This document shows positions 37,701 through 52,700 of a stretch of 64,000 nt of DNA, piece by piece. Position 1 is the first letter of the stretch. Each line of letters begins with the position of its first letter. The translations under genes were made by a program, and so were the position numbers. The notes under the pieces were generated by a model. That model ran no database searches. It worked only from the letters and a program-made list of their open reading frames with translations, and was not told where the DNA came from. The stretch is from Camelus ferus (taxonomy: Eukaryota). The stretch covers positions 64,172,001 to 64,236,000 of the forward strand of contig NC_045696.1 of assembly GCF_009834535.1 (NCBI RefSeq), in the 5' to 3' direction.

Positions 37701-40700
37701 AGACCAGATCTACCTATTATTTGCTGGGAATATTACAATTTCTGGACCACAGGTTTCCAGAAAGTGAAAAGGAATGGACAGTTGTGAAACTTTAGATAAT
37801 TGCTGACAAGTAGTAGGTAAAATCTAGAGACTGCCTTTGACTGTTATTTTTTCTTGCCTAAGCGTTCTTGGGGAAGTTTCAAAAACTAACTATTAACTCC
37901 CACAATGCCTTGAGGCTGGGTTAGTAACCAGTGTCTAAAATAACTATTTTACTTACGTAGTTATTATATGATATTGGCTGAAGAGAGTAATTTTACCCTT
38001 CTCAAATGCCTGACAAATATTGCCAACTTAAATGCTTACTTTGGAAAAGCTATATTCCCCGAAAGAAAAATCAGTCCAGGGAGATATATGCTGTCTCAGG
38101 ATAGGCTGTCCTTTCAATTTCTCAATCTTCCTTTTCATACCTTTATCATTCAGAACTGATTCTGAATCCAGGCAATACTAGAAGATGTAAATTCTTCTCC
38201 GCATGTTATAAAAACTAAATATAGGCCTTATGCCTGAAGAAAGGAAGCCGCTTTCAGCAAATGTGCATAGTCCTGATATGTACATGATCACAAGCAAATG
38301 CTTACAGGGTGATTTTCATACATACTAGGTGAAGATCAGGTTGAACCATATGAATTTCTTTATGTTTGACCATTTTTGACCTGTAAAGATGGGTATTTCT
38401 TATGTGTCTACTGATAATAAGGAAATTATCCGAGCATTTCGTATTTCCCTGTGTTGACTGTGTTATTTCATGTGTTTTTGGCAAATTACCCCTGAGCCTT
38501 TAATAGTATTGCCATTCATCACTACCTACAATGTATTACTTACTAAGAAGACAGAGTGCATCTTGCAACAGAAATTCCTATTCTTTAACAACAGCTTTAA
38601 AACTTATTCTTCTATTTATACCGTTGTGTTTGCACATCAAACTGGTATAGATGGGGAGCATATTAGCTCATTTTCACTCCAAGATGCATCTAGGATATGT
38701 GAATATGCCTCTGATTATATCTGTTAAGCCATTTCCCAAATGCTTCTCATCCTACTGCCCACACTCTAAGCTTTCAGTGGCAGCCAGCAACCAAAACACA
38801 GATGGACTAGGTTATGGTCCGTGCGTTAGGTTGTGTGGGAAGCACTACGATTGTGACTGCACACACTTCAGCATGGCCCTGGTAGATATAACCCAACAGG
38901 AGTTCTTTTGAAGTGTGTGATCATCTTCCTGGACGTCCTTGTCGGTATCACCATCATTTCCATGTGATTGATTGAAACGATTTAAATATACAAGGACTTT
39001 CTTCCTCTGGGAATATTTCTCTCCAAGTCATTTTCCTTCAGCCTGATTCCACATGTGTTCAGGACACAAACACATCACGTATGAGCTACTTATGATGGGA
39101 ATTAATCACAGCGTTAAACTGTTAATTTTCCTTTTCCTTCCCCTGCAGCTATTATGTAGGCATGTGTGGAGACGGAGCTAATGACTGTGGGGTGAGTAGA
39201 AATTATACTTCTAATTTAGGGGGTTCACTCATATCTCTCTTGAGTACCCTGTATCCCCTGGGGTCTGACTCTTCACCCTTCCACCAGCAATCGCATCACG
39301 TGATCATTTTGATCTTTATACTCACAGTCCACTGGCGTGCGGGTTGGAAGTGGTGTGGGGTAAAGGGAGATGGGTGACTTCGGCTGTTTTCTGGCAACTC
39401 CTAGAATAATAAAGATGAGGAAAGGCTACATAGGCTCCCATACTTCAGACGCTAAAGGGACTTTACAAGACTAGCTGGTTTAAATCTCTCCAGTTATAAA
39501 AGGGAAATGAGTCTCAGAGGGGCGAATTCTTTTTTTGCCTGAAGTCACACGGCTGGTAAAGGCTTAGTGAAGGAAATATTTGAAACCGATGGCAAATGTT
39601 TGAATTATGTATTAACTATATTTATTTCTGCCAGACCTCTACACCGGGGTTAGTTTTTATAAGTTGGCTTTACCCCAGAACTCTTATGCTCAGTGAAATT
39701 ATAGACAAAATTATTTGATTATTACATACTACAGCAAACCTAAGTTAAAAGATTCTCTGTAGATTACTTGTCAAATACAGTAGAAAGCGGTACATACTTT
39801 GTAATCTGAGTTTCAAAGATATGGTTGAAATAGTAGCTTACCTTGAAGACTTATGTACAGAACAAAATATTTTAGAAGCTAATTTGTGAGACAAGAAGTG
39901 AAGAGAAATGCTTTGTATTTGCAAAGCTTATTAGATACTTAAGATCTGGGTATTTGTTTTACTTCCTTCTTAAATAATTTTTCCAAAGTTCTGTGAAAAA
40001 CTATGTTCATACTCAGAGATCTGTTATGAATATTTCTGCCTCATGCTTTATGAGAAGAAGCTAGTTGTTGCTCTTCAAAATCTAGAGTTAGTATCCATTC
40101 TCATGAATAATGTGGCATTTAGAACAAAACAAATAAATCAGGTGTTAAAAGGATTTAGTCTTTGCCTCCACAGAGTTCATTATCTGGCAGGAATAAAAAT
40201 CATGCATAAAACTAACCCTAACATAAAGTAGACGGTCCTAAATTACATAATGAAGCACAAAATGCTGAGGGAGAAAGGAGAAAGAAGGAGAGATTCTAAT
40301 ATCCACTGAACATGAATTGAGTGTATAGTGGCCATGTTAACCAGGTGCTTTGCACATTCTACAGAGCTGCAGAAATACACACTCTCATACAGTTCTCGTA
40401 GGATCAGGGGCTTAGTGACCTGTTTGCTGGCCAATGTGTGTGCACTCGTGGACAGTTTTCAGTCTTGGTGAGAAATTAACTAGCCCTGATTTCAGTGAGG
40501 CAACGTGTAGCCTGGAATGATTCTCTGCTGAGTGTGATCTGGTCCCTGTCTCCAGTGAAGATGCTGTGCGCCTGATACTGCATCCCAGCAGTTAGCTGAT
40601 TGGTTGGATCAGGCAGCCTAGGAAAAGATGGAGATTAGATAGTTTTTCCTATAGTTCATGAAGATGGCCTCTTAAGTAAGAACCATGATGGTAAAGGCTC

Positions 40701-43700
40701 CCATAAAGGTCCATCTAGTGCTGCCATCTTTTTAATAGACTTCCCAAACGAGTGCTTTCACTTTCTTATCATCTCTACACCCCCTCAACCAATACCTACA
40801 CAGCCCTCATTCTTCTACCTCTGGGTCGTTGTTCAGTTGGTGCCTCTTTAATTGGTGACTTCGTGTATTCCAAGTGGAGGGACAGCATAAACATAGACCT
40901 GGGGGTGGCAGGGTGAGATATTATCAACACTGTAATAAGAAGAATGGCCTCACGGTGTTTGAGCATTTAGAGGCTGGCCTGAGGAGTCGCGGGTGCAACA
41001 TGAGTTTATCATTCCAGGCTTTGAAAATGGCTCACGCGGGCATTTCGCTGTCAGAACAGGAGGCGTCTGTGGCATCCCCTTTCACCTCGAAGATAGGCAA
41101 TATTGAGTGTGTGCCTCAGCTCATCAAGTAAGCCACCTCTCCCTTTCCACTCCCTGACTGAGGGGCCCACAGTCTGGCTCCGGACAGAATTCAGCTATAA
41201 TTTAAAAGTGACAAATGTCACAGCAGAGGCACGGGGGAAGTGCCATTGAGCACCAAGTAAGGGGGCCATGAGTACTGCTTGAGAAGGCTAGTAAAAGCAA
41301 CAAAAAAGTGGCTTTTGTTGAGCTTTAAAGGATAAGTGGCTGTGTTAGGTGGATGGTCAAAAGCTAAAGTTGATCTTTAAAAACCGATTGTCTATCTCAT
41401 GTCTCATTTATTTTGTATGTTAGCTGCTCACTGGAACCTTTCTCTCAGGGGTTGGGGAAGGGGGAGGAAGCAGAAAAGGAGCACTCCATCAGATAGCTTC
41501 CCCAAAGTGTTCTGTCTCCAAAATCCAAATTTGTGAATATCCAAGATGATTGCACCAAAGACTTTTCCCGTTGATTGGCAATGATCAGGGAAAGGGAAGG
41601 AATTAAAAACTCTTTATTTTCCTGGTACAGCTCCTTCGCATCCACTCCACTCTTATTTCTGATCTTGTCTCTACTCATATTTTAAATGCAGTTAAAAATA
41701 AAACATCAGGTTTTACATTTTGTTTATAAATCGTATTCCTTTATTGTCTCCTATAACACTGTGGAGTAATCTCAGCCTATCTTCACAGCCAGTGGTCTGG
41801 AAGTCATCACTAAATCTTGAGGTTTATACAAAAAAAGACAACCATGATGTTCTCAGCATGTCCCTTAGGGCAGCTGAATTGGCACCTACTGGTAGGAGTT
41901 ACTCACCCAAAGGTGTTAGCTTCTGTCTGGCTGCAAATCAGCAAGACAGCTTGACTTCTTTCTCTGAGTCCTGGGTGCTTGCACCTGTGTCCTCCGTGCC
42001 TGCAAACATCATCACCTCCCCTGCCTTCAGAGCAGCTTCCCTTCCTCACTCCCATGTTTCCTGGTCCCGAGGACCACTGGGTCCTTAGAGTCCCTCACTG
42101 AGGCTCAGAACCTCGATGTGCTTTTAACTCTTTCCTTTTTTTCATCTCTAGTGAACAAGGCATCATGTTTTAGTGATTCGTCTTTTGGAGAGTGTCTCCA
42201 AGCCCTACCCTTACTATCGCTAGTGCCCTAACTTGATTTGCATCATGGTGACTACAAAACAAGACCATTCAAGACCCTCACCAGAGTTCATGCTTCCAGC
42301 CATCAACACAATCCATGGAGCTCTTTCTAAATATTGAGCTTAAAAATGTGATGGATTAAGAATGAGACAGAGCTTTGCCCTGAGGGCTTACATTCCAGTA
42401 AAGGGTATATATAGATAGATGTACAGAGATAAAATCGTGTAACACAGAATTTTCTACCTGGTAGGTGAGAGGTGCTCAATAAATGAGCTTTAAATAAGTT
42501 AGTGTCCAAATAATGCAGTAATATTTCAGTGCCGGGAGAGGTGATTTCAGAGGAGGGTTGTAATTTGAAGGATGAATAGGTTGTATGTAAACACAAAGGA
42601 GGCGGGGGGTGGAATTCCAGGTGGAGTTAGATGGAAAGCCATGCTTAGAAGTGGGGTTCTAATTGGAGACTGGGGTGAGAGGCCAGGTAGCCCAGTTGGG
42701 CTGGAAGTCTTCTCACATGGGAGCTGTGGAAGTTAAGCTGGAGTGTCAGGTGTGGAGGAGGTTTGAACTCCAGGATGGTTGCACAGAGCGCCTACTGGAT
42801 TCACCCAAAAAGCAGTGTCATGGAATTTCAGATGCTCTTTCTCATGCAAGCAGCTCAATGCATTTGTGAATGCAATATACTGTTTTAAAATATCAGTCGG
42901 AATGTAAAATTTTTCTCTTGGCAGATGGTTTAGTGAGACTTTGGGGTAGAAACCCTTTGCTTTTATATTTCACAGTTTCATAAACATTAGATATGGTTCA
43001 GCTCTTTTAGGCTGCTTTTACCCTGGCTATTCTTGGGAAAGCATCCTCTTGAGGATCGATGAAGTGTGGCTTTAGGTGCATGGATCCAGAACACAGGTTT
43101 TCATTGTTATCTTTTGAAACATGATTGACTTGTTATAGTTCAAGTGCTTTAGGGCAAGGACGATGTCTTACTCATTTCTGTGTCGCTGTGCCTGCCACAG
43201 TACCTCAGAGCGTTCCATGAACATTTGTGAATGCATTAAATAAACAACTGGGTTGCTTAAAATTCACAACTATTAGGAACAGCAGTAATTTTGGAGGCCT
43301 GTGCAAAACATTCTTTATGCTGTACCATTCTGGTTTTTTGCACTCTAAAAAAAAAGTCTAGGTGTCAGTTTTCTTGGAAATGTATGCAACTGCAGAAGGA
43401 AAGATGCAATCACAAAGTTCATGTCAGAAAACAATCCAGGCTTCCCATGCTTGCCCCTTCTCCGCTGGTTTCTTCCACCCTCTGTGTCGAAAACAAAGGG
43501 CCGTGCCTCAGCCTGGTGGAAAGCATCCACCCAGAGCATCCTGGCTCACTTCTCTCGAGAACCTTCTCATCTTGCCTGAAGCAAAGTGGTTATTGGTTTG
43601 GCTTTTTAGGTCTTATTTCAAGTGTCCCTGTTCTGTTGACAAAGTCTTTGAGCACCGCAGGTGCCGTGTCACTGGGAACTGGAAACCAAGAGGATGCGGG

Positions 43701-46700
43701 CTTCCTCTCATCCCCAAGCTTCCACCTTGACAAGAGGAAGCTGCAGGAGGGCTTGTTTGCCGGATTCCCCACCCCCCACCCCCACCCTGTGCTGCTACCT
43801 CACGTTGTCTTCTTTGGTCTGTCGTAATCTATCACCAACTAGACCCAGTTACAGGAATAACAGCTCGAACAGAATTTTTTATGGGGGTAATATTTGTTTA
43901 TTTTCTTTTTTAAATTGAAGTATAGTTGACATACAACATTATATTAGTTTCAGATGTACAACATAGTGATTCGACGTTTATATGCATTATGAATTGATCA
44001 CCATGGTAAGTCTAGTCACAGTCCATCACCATACAAAGTTATTGCAATATTATTGACTAAGGACTGTTTACTTTTTAAGCTGCCATTTTTACCATTATCT
44101 ATTTCTTTTGATTCCCATACTAGCTCCGATTATTACCCTGGGTTCTTCCTGGTGTACTGAAGCCAACAAAACCCATTTCAGCTTAAATATTGGTGTCACG
44201 TCTACACTCCCTATAATGTGAGAGCACCTGTCCCTTAGCTCGATATCTCTAAGGGACTTTAAAACATACACAGGGAGCAAGTGTTGTTAGAATGGAATGA
44301 GTCTCAGGAGAGCCAATGCTTGACATTTTGCACCTTGTCACAATGTATTGCGTTTATAATGTACATGGTAATCTTTTTAATTCACTGAAAGCTTGTTGAA
44401 AATGAGGACTGTGCTTGATTCATTTGTATCCTCCATGACTCTGAGCGAAACGCTGGTACTCAGAAGCCCTAAAAAAAGTGAGCCTGTGAATCAATGAGTG
44501 AGGTTAGGATTGAAGGAGAGAATGAGCAAATGGGTGGTTAAATGAATAATTGAGAGAATGAATCAGTGATTAAGTGATTGTATAACAACAGGCTATTAAA
44601 ATGAGCTCCTTTTGAAATAGAAAAGAGACTGAGAGATGTGTATCATACATAACCAATTTTTTTTTTCTTCAACAGAGAAGGCCGAGCTGCTTTGGTTTCA
44701 TCCTTTGGGGTATTTAAGTACTTGACCATGTATGGCATCATCCAGTTTATTGGTACATCGCTGCTCTATTGGGTATGAACCAAAATAATTTCTTCCCAGT
44801 TCTAATTGCATTTACATCCCTTGTGTATTTCCAGGGGTGGGGAGGGGTGCAGCTCCTACCCAGGATTTAATGTTTTATAAATAAATGACATTTCTCAAAA
44901 CAGATGTCTGCAAATTTGCAAACTTGGTAGAACTGTGCAGGAAACATGGCACTAGAAATAAGTGCACATGAATTGGTTTCTATGAGTGTTGTTTTTCTCC
45001 AGATAACCTGAGACTCTTGACCTCCCCAAGGCTCGATTTCTTCACTTAGAATGTGAAGAGAGCTTCAGAGCCGCCTAAATATAACACTGCAGGAAACGGA
45101 TCAGTCTCCAACTGTGGAATATTTTGGGCCCACTAAAAGGAGATAAAAAGAAAGATAAGTTGTTGAGTTTGACTTTGAAGGATTCAAAAACTGGAAAAAC
45201 TCCCATACTGGAGCTTTCCTTCTGAACCTGCCCAGAACTTTCACATGTCATTAGTAAAAGATTAGCAATTCTGTAAAAAAAAAAAAAAAAAAAAAAAAAA
45301 TTAAGATTTTTTGAAATGAAATGATAAAAATAATCATCTAAGAATTCATTAGCTGTATGGAAGAAGTATGTGTAGGTTGAAAGTAATCTGTATCGGTCCA
45401 GGTTTAACTTGCTCTGCAGGAAAATGACAGCAAGCTCAGGGCATGCTGCAAGGAGGGGATTATTTTACTGCTTTCCTGGTGAAGGAGAGACGCACAGGGC
45501 TCCAGCCTCTGGTAGACTACCAACTGCAAGAAGCACACACCAAGGCTAAGGGACAACCAGGTGGATAGAAACAAGACCTGAACTGCAAGTCAGGAAGCCT
45601 GGATTCACGTTCTGTCTCTGTCACTAAGAGTAAAAGCGATCGTGCTCTTGGCCAAGCCTTTATCCACCTCCAGGTAGTCAGGCTGGCTGATTGCCAAAGC
45701 CTTCCATCGTTCTATGAAAGCTGCTCCCAGAATAAAAAGAAAAGCCGCCTTTGAAAATTTCTCCCTCTTCCATCTCACCCTGCATATGTATCACTTTACC
45801 AATCTGAGGGGAAAAGTAGGGGAAAGGACATGAGAAGGAAATGTAAAGAAGGCAGGGGAAGAATTGGAGGATGAGAGGGATGCTGAGGAATCATTTGCAT
45901 CCTCTGAAAAATACAAAAGCAGATTTTCAGTCCCACTGTCCCCCTGGATAGAGTTGGAACCAGAGTTTACTCTGAAAAGTTACCCCATTCACTCTGAAGG
46001 TCTAACCCTAAGTAAGAGTATACCCCGAGGACCTTCACCTGGAAGCTTCTTGGCGTTGAGTTTGCCCTCTAGTTCTGGTTTACCCAGAAGTATTTTTTAT
46101 TTGCATGAGTCTGGTCTGTAAAATGTGTAGAACCAGATTATGATTGAGTGCTCAGTCAATAGCTAGGAAGCCAATAAACAGACCTGGCTGCGAAAGATAG
46201 TGCAGGGCAAGTTCCTGGAGAATAACCAGCTGACTTTTATATTGAAATTCTTCAATTCCATTAATGTGAACAGAAAAGAAGTTCTGTGTCTACATACAAC
46301 TTAGAAAGGCAGGTGTACTGGAATGAAGTCTGTGATGGGCTTACTTGACCTCAATCTGTGAATAGGATGGAGGGGAAAATGTGTGGAATGATTTGAGACC
46401 CTGACTTAAAAGACCCAGACTTAAGTTTGAAGTTCCCAGCAAGACTTTCAGGCTTAAATATCTCATGTTGAGGGTTCAACCGTCCAGGCTGAGACTACAG
46501 CAGCCAGAATTACTGTGGCCAATAGGAGGATATTTCCCAACTGACTGACTTTCATTGCTAATTTGGAATTAAATTAAACACTGGGAAAAGAGTGATCTAA
46601 AATTTTTTAATTTAATTTAATTTTACCCCCTTAACGAAGGCACTAGAGATTGAACCCAGGACCCTGTGCATACCAAGCATGCATTCTGCCACTGACCCAT

Positions 46701-49700
46701 ACCCTCCACCCCCTAGTAATGATTTAGTTCTGTTCTATCTAACGAGATGCTAAAGATTTTAGGTAAATGACTCTCTTCCTAAGGTGCGAGAAAAGTAACA
46801 ATTGCTTCCTGACTGCTTTCAAGAAGAGTGTTGGGAATGATGATGAAGTTATGATGAGCTTCACTTATGTTTACTTTCCTTTCCTTTTCAGCAACTACAG
46901 CTTTTTGGGAATTATCAGTATCTTATGCAAGATGTAGCCATTACCTTGATGGTCTGTTTAACAAGTAAGCTCTTTGGCAAAGTAAACCATATTGTTTGTA
47001 TTTATCCATGAAATACCAGAAATACTCATATAAATAAGAGCTTTGGAGAACAACACACTTCAACTACCAAAACCTCATTACCTATGAATTTTTTCAAAGT
47101 GGTCTTTACAGTAAGTTGAGGGTTGATGTCCTCAGACTTGGCCTTAAAATATCCTGATAGCGAATAGGTCTTAGCCTCAGAAAATTGTCAATGTATTCTG
47201 AGTTCTTTGTAGATTTGTGTCTTGTACATAGAAAAATGTACAAGAAATCCAGGAAGGGAAATCTTTAAAACCCAAAGGTCATTTTCCATTATGCAGCTAT
47301 GCTTCACATTGACGTGAAACCAGATTTTTGCTAGGTCTTTGACGTTTGAGGACAAATGCTAGCGTTTTATTCTAGTGGAATTCTCTCAAAAGCAAGGTGT
47401 GGCTTACAGTGGCTATCGCTCATTTCCTTCCTTTGAGATGACACTGATAAAGTATTTCCTGTCAAAGAACTCAGGGCTTGATACTAACTCTTAATAAGTA
47501 AGAAAGGTGACTCCTTCAACAGAGAGCAAAGAAAAAGAATGACATACACATCTCTTTTTCCTTGTTCAACAATGGAAGTGTTATGAAAAATAACAGATAA
47601 AACTTCAAGCAATGCAGAATATTAATGACCTTCCATGTAGCATCTTAAAGCATGAAACTGATATCAAAGTCATTTATCTTATCAGCCCAATGACAACATT
47701 TACTAGTATCAGAGATGTAAGTACTGTCAATTTTGATTCTTAAGGTTGAAATATTCATAGCCCATTAAAATATTTTCTGTGTTTTATGAATATTCACATG
47801 GCTGGATAATTTTGAATCAGTGATATTGCTTCTACTGTGTTGGATATTCTTTAAGCAATTTACATGATTTACTTGTGAACATGGACAAGGATGCTAAAAA
47901 GAAACAAAGAATACCAGGAGGTTCCAAGAGCTAAGCTAGCAGGCAGTAGCATCAAAGTGAAGGCCATGGGCATCCTCCCTGTCTCTGTGACCTTTGGCAC
48001 GTATTCACTAAGTAAATAATTGACTCATAGAAGCGTCCTTGTGGGACTCTGAGGATCCAATAACACGATGCATGTAAAGTGTATAGCCCAGTACATCGCA
48101 TCTTGCAAGTACTCATTACAAGATATTGTGCTCCACGCACCCTCTTCGTCTTCTTTTGAGAAGACTGACTAACTTGGTGAGTCCAAGAAAAGACTTAGAC
48201 TGTGTACAAGTAGACTATTTGATTAGAAACTCCAAAACATGGGTGGTAGCCTTGCCTCAGAATTGCCAGACGACCTTGAGCAAGTTGCTTTGAGCTTTTG
48301 CGCACTTAATTCCATGATATTGGTTATGAATCTGACTCCCATGGTGATGGGTGTACTTTACTCTTTCCCACGGCAATAGCCTGGTGACCTTCCTGCCATT
48401 TGGTCACCCTGTGAAACTTAGCCTCTCATCTCAGAGCTGGCTCGGCGGGAGAGTTGAGATGACTAAGGGCAGGACCACTGTTACCAATGGGAGACAAAAG
48501 CCTCAGAAGGGTGCTAGATCAGAAGCATAGTGTTCTACTGGAAAGATGGCACTTCATCCAATTATTAGTCAACAAATGTGTAGCTGGCTCAGTAAATGGG
48601 CTGGACTCGGGGTAGATTGGTGAAGGGAGTAATAGAGTGAGGAAACAGCTATTTTTTGTTTATTTTCACCCGCTACCTTCAAACACTATTGCTTTCCCAT
48701 CCTTGCAAGCTCAGTCATGCTACAGGCAGATCATTTCCTGGTCCATTCCAGGTATTAAAATAATCTCACTTTAGCTGTGAAAAGGCCAAGTATTAGAAAT
48801 TAACATTTCATGTTTTTATCCAATTTAAAATTTTCTTCCCCAAATCAAGCATGACCTGTGGCTTGGAGCAGGCAGTGGGAGAGAAGGCCAGGATGTCTAT
48901 TTTCCCTGTGTTGGCTACTCTCAGCCCTGCTTTGGCAACCATGAGTAGCAGCAGCCCAGAACTTTCTCCTTAAGTGGGGCTATTGTAGTTCTGTCCTGTC
49001 ACGTGCCCTCCAGCAGGGTAGGCGTCTAAACTCAGGCACTTCGCCTGCGGCTCACTTGTGAGTCCTTGCGTTCTTCAGAGTCCCTGAGGAGCGGTCTGCA
49101 CCAGACCACTCCCTGACATCGGTGCTGTTCTCTCCTCTGACCCCCTAGGATTCCTTTCAGCCACTGCTTTTTCTAGTGCTATGTGCTACAAAGCCGTTTT
49201 CTTCTGCTGGCCCTCTAGCCCCAGCAGACTGCCCCGCTGAGAAGATTCCTTCCAAGATAGCTCTAGTCTGGTTAATTTCCATAGCTTTTACTTGACCTAC
49301 CAGCTAATAGATGCATAGCTTGTTCTCAATGCTGCCCCCTCTCTCTTCCCTCTGCTATTACAAGCAGGGGAATGAGAAATTCAGTCTCCTCCTCGCCACT
49401 TCAGGTCTCTCCTAGGGTGATTCTTAGGACTTCCTCTCATTTGTATTGGGGTGCTGCTGGAAAGAAAACCACAGCTCTTGCTGTTCTTAACAATTCCCTT
49501 TAAAGAATCTCTTGATCATCTCCATGGTTTTCTCTTATATATGGTCTGTACCTGGGTAACTGGGGAAGAGGGGATGGAATGCTTACAGTTGAAGGACCAG
49601 GATACAGCTTTCTTACTAGGTACTATGAAGATACGATAGTCATCTCTCTTTACATTAAATTGGCACTTGCCTTTCATTGTCCTCAAACATGAGGCTCAGC

Positions 49701-52700
49701 AAAATTCCCCAGCCAAGAGGGACATCCCCATTCAACCTCCTCTTAGAAAAGTGTTCATCTCCCATTATGTGTTAGGCACATAAGTACCAGGGGCATTATA
49801 AGGCTTCTCACTGATGTTTCAAGTTTAGCGATGGATTCACATACATGAATGGATGAAATGCAAGTCAGAAGTACTGAGTACCAGAAACCAACAGATGCTT
49901 TGGGAGTTCATAAAAAGGAGATTGTTTCTAATGATGGGAAGAGATAACAATGGAGAAAAGAGAGATACCGGGGTGGCTTCATGGAAGAAGTAGCATTGGC
50001 ACCAAAATACAGGGTGAATAGATTTTAAATATTTAAAAAAAAAAAAAAAAAAGAAGGGCATTTCAAGTAGAAGGAAGCAGAAGGAGCAAGAGAGAGCTGC
50101 TAAGTATAGGGCGAGAGTTTTTCAATTTGACCACACTGCAGGGTATGTGGAAAGAAACAGCAGGAGATAAAATCTGAAAAAGTAGGTTGGGTCAGATCAC
50201 AGAATCTTGACTGCCAGGCTGAGAACTGTGGACATTTATCTGCAGCTGTTCGGAGTCATTGATGATTGTACGATTAACGTAAAATCACTCGCACCAAGGC
50301 ATCTACACTTCCCAGGTTCCCAGACTAAAGCCTTTGACCTTAAGCCTGAATTAGTATGGGGAAAAGACAATGCCATCACATGATTGATTGATTGGTTGGC
50401 TGATTGATTTGCTTGTCCATACACAGTCCCTGAGACAAAGGCTAGTCACTTTCTTTATTACACACCCCATCTGTGTCTTCCACTGGACTTCAAGCTCTTT
50501 GAAAACAGATGAGATATCCGTCTCATCTCTGCATACCTCATGGCCACTAGCCCAGCACCCTCCCGGGAAACACTGGTTAAACTGCTAGAGGTAAAGATTC
50601 AGGCAGGCAGAGAGATTCAGGGTGAGTGAGTTGGAAAAGCCTCTGGGGACCGTTTAGACATTCCAACATAGTCGTTTTATACTTGAGAAAATGAAGGACC
50701 AAAGAGTTTATGCGATCACCCCAGAACACACACTGAGCAAACTAAAGACCCACTTTAGAGTTTTATTATCCCAAACTGGACACACTCCTCACTGCCTTGC
50801 CCCTACATGCATGAACACAAAGCTAAGGAGACATACCCTACTTTCTTACAACAAAGAAAGCAGTCATCAGCTGTGGGAAGGAAAGAGATGACAGATGGGA
50901 AGAATTGAAACATCCTGACCTCCCCATGCTTCTTTCTTGCTCTGCCCTGAGAAGTAAAATACATTCCATTTTCATCAGTTTGTTAGAATAAAAGGCTTCT
51001 AAGATGGATGTAGTGATCTTTTTTTTTTTTTTTTTTGGCAGTTCTGTTTAATCTCTGACCCTTGCCAACCCCTCAGATGTTAAAAAAAAAAAATCCCAGG
51101 GCCAAAATATATTTTTAATACTCTCATCCAGAAGCAAGATTTTTTAAAGTTATTTTTCCTAAGTCTAATGTCCCCTAGCAGTCCTCCACTTACACACTTA
51201 TCCAGGAGGAAGCAGGACACACCTCTAGCATCTCCCTGGTACACTGAAGTGCTCAGAGAATGTTGGTTGAATGAATAATAGAGTGAGTGTTTTTTAAAAA
51301 ATACTTCCCAGTATATGAAGATTAGTCTAGCTAGATGCATCCTTACTCTCTTCATCTTAACTCTGCTTTCCCGTCAGCATTGAGAGATAATAGTGCTGTT
51401 ATCCTTACGGAAGGGCATCTTCCTCTTTTACGTATCATTCCTGGTCAGTCTGGTTGTGGAGAAATATTTGCACTATTCAATATGGTAAATGCATTAATTA
51501 TTGGACTTTTAAACCCACTACTTTTTGTTTCTGAGGGTGAAACCAAAGCATGGAAGAGGCAAAGGCTGGTAGCATTAGATGTGCAGTTAACTAAGCAATG
51601 AGCTTTCCAAGGTGTAAACCCTTAATTCATGTTTGCTGAACTTGAACCCTAACACAACACTCAGGATAATATGCATCTCAGTCTTTTATTCTCAATAATG
51701 AAATTGTAACAGGGGAAAAAATGGATTTGTCTTTCAGTGAGCTCAACTCATGCCTACCCAAAGCTGGCTCCGTACCGACCAGCAGGACAGCTCCTTTCTC
51801 CTCCTTTGCTGCTCTCAGTCTTTCTGAATACCTGTTTCACCTGCATTGTGCAGGTCTGTGCATTTCTCTACGTGAAGCAGCAGCCCTGGTATTGTGAGGT
51901 CTACAGATACAGGTAAAGTTTCGTTTCTTACTTTTCCTTTCTGAAGTTGGTACAATGAATACCCAATGACTTTGTACGACTTGGTTTGAACACATACTCT
52001 AAAATTTTAATTAACAAAAGTTATCTCCATTTTGCAAAACCCCAGTGATGGGACAGAACACAGAACACAGTCAGTAGGTGGCATGCTGGGGTGATCTAGC
52101 AGCAAGTTCTAGGGTGGGAAGACCTAACAGTGGGTTGACTGAATGTATTCATTCTCTGGTGATTTGGATATCGTATAGACCAGAGGTCAGCAAACATTTC
52201 TTGTAGAGGGCCAAGAAGTAAATATTTTGGCCTTTGTGGGCTCTGTGGTCTTTGTTGCAACTACTCAGTGCTGCTGTTAATAGTGAAAAAACAGCTGTGG
52301 ACACCATGTAAACAAGTCAGTGTGACTGTGTTCCAATAAAACTTTATTGACAAAACCAGCTGGTGAGTCGGATTTGGCCTATGGGCTAGTCGCCAACTGA
52401 CCCCTGATATACAAGAGAGATTTGCTTAATTTAAATGAATGTTAAACGAATGTTAAATTTCAAAGGAATGCTAATTTCAAATGAATGTTAAAATGTTAGT
52501 TGATGCTACTATCATTACTATGATTTGAATTGAACACTAGACTCAGGGCAAATCTCTTCACCTCCCAAGGCTTATTTCCTTAAATATAAATTAAGAGTAA
52601 GATGAAGTGAACTGCACCTTAGATGTTCAAACTAATTTTTTCTGACAAAGGCTGCCTGACCTCCAAAGGGAAAGACAGGAAGAGAGAGCTTCTCTTTTTG

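Noticed and set aside
43291..43827. Longest ORF in the track (178 aa)
   Set aside because: Starts at TTG, has no recognisable domain, is intronic and overlaps other random ORFs; no support for coding.
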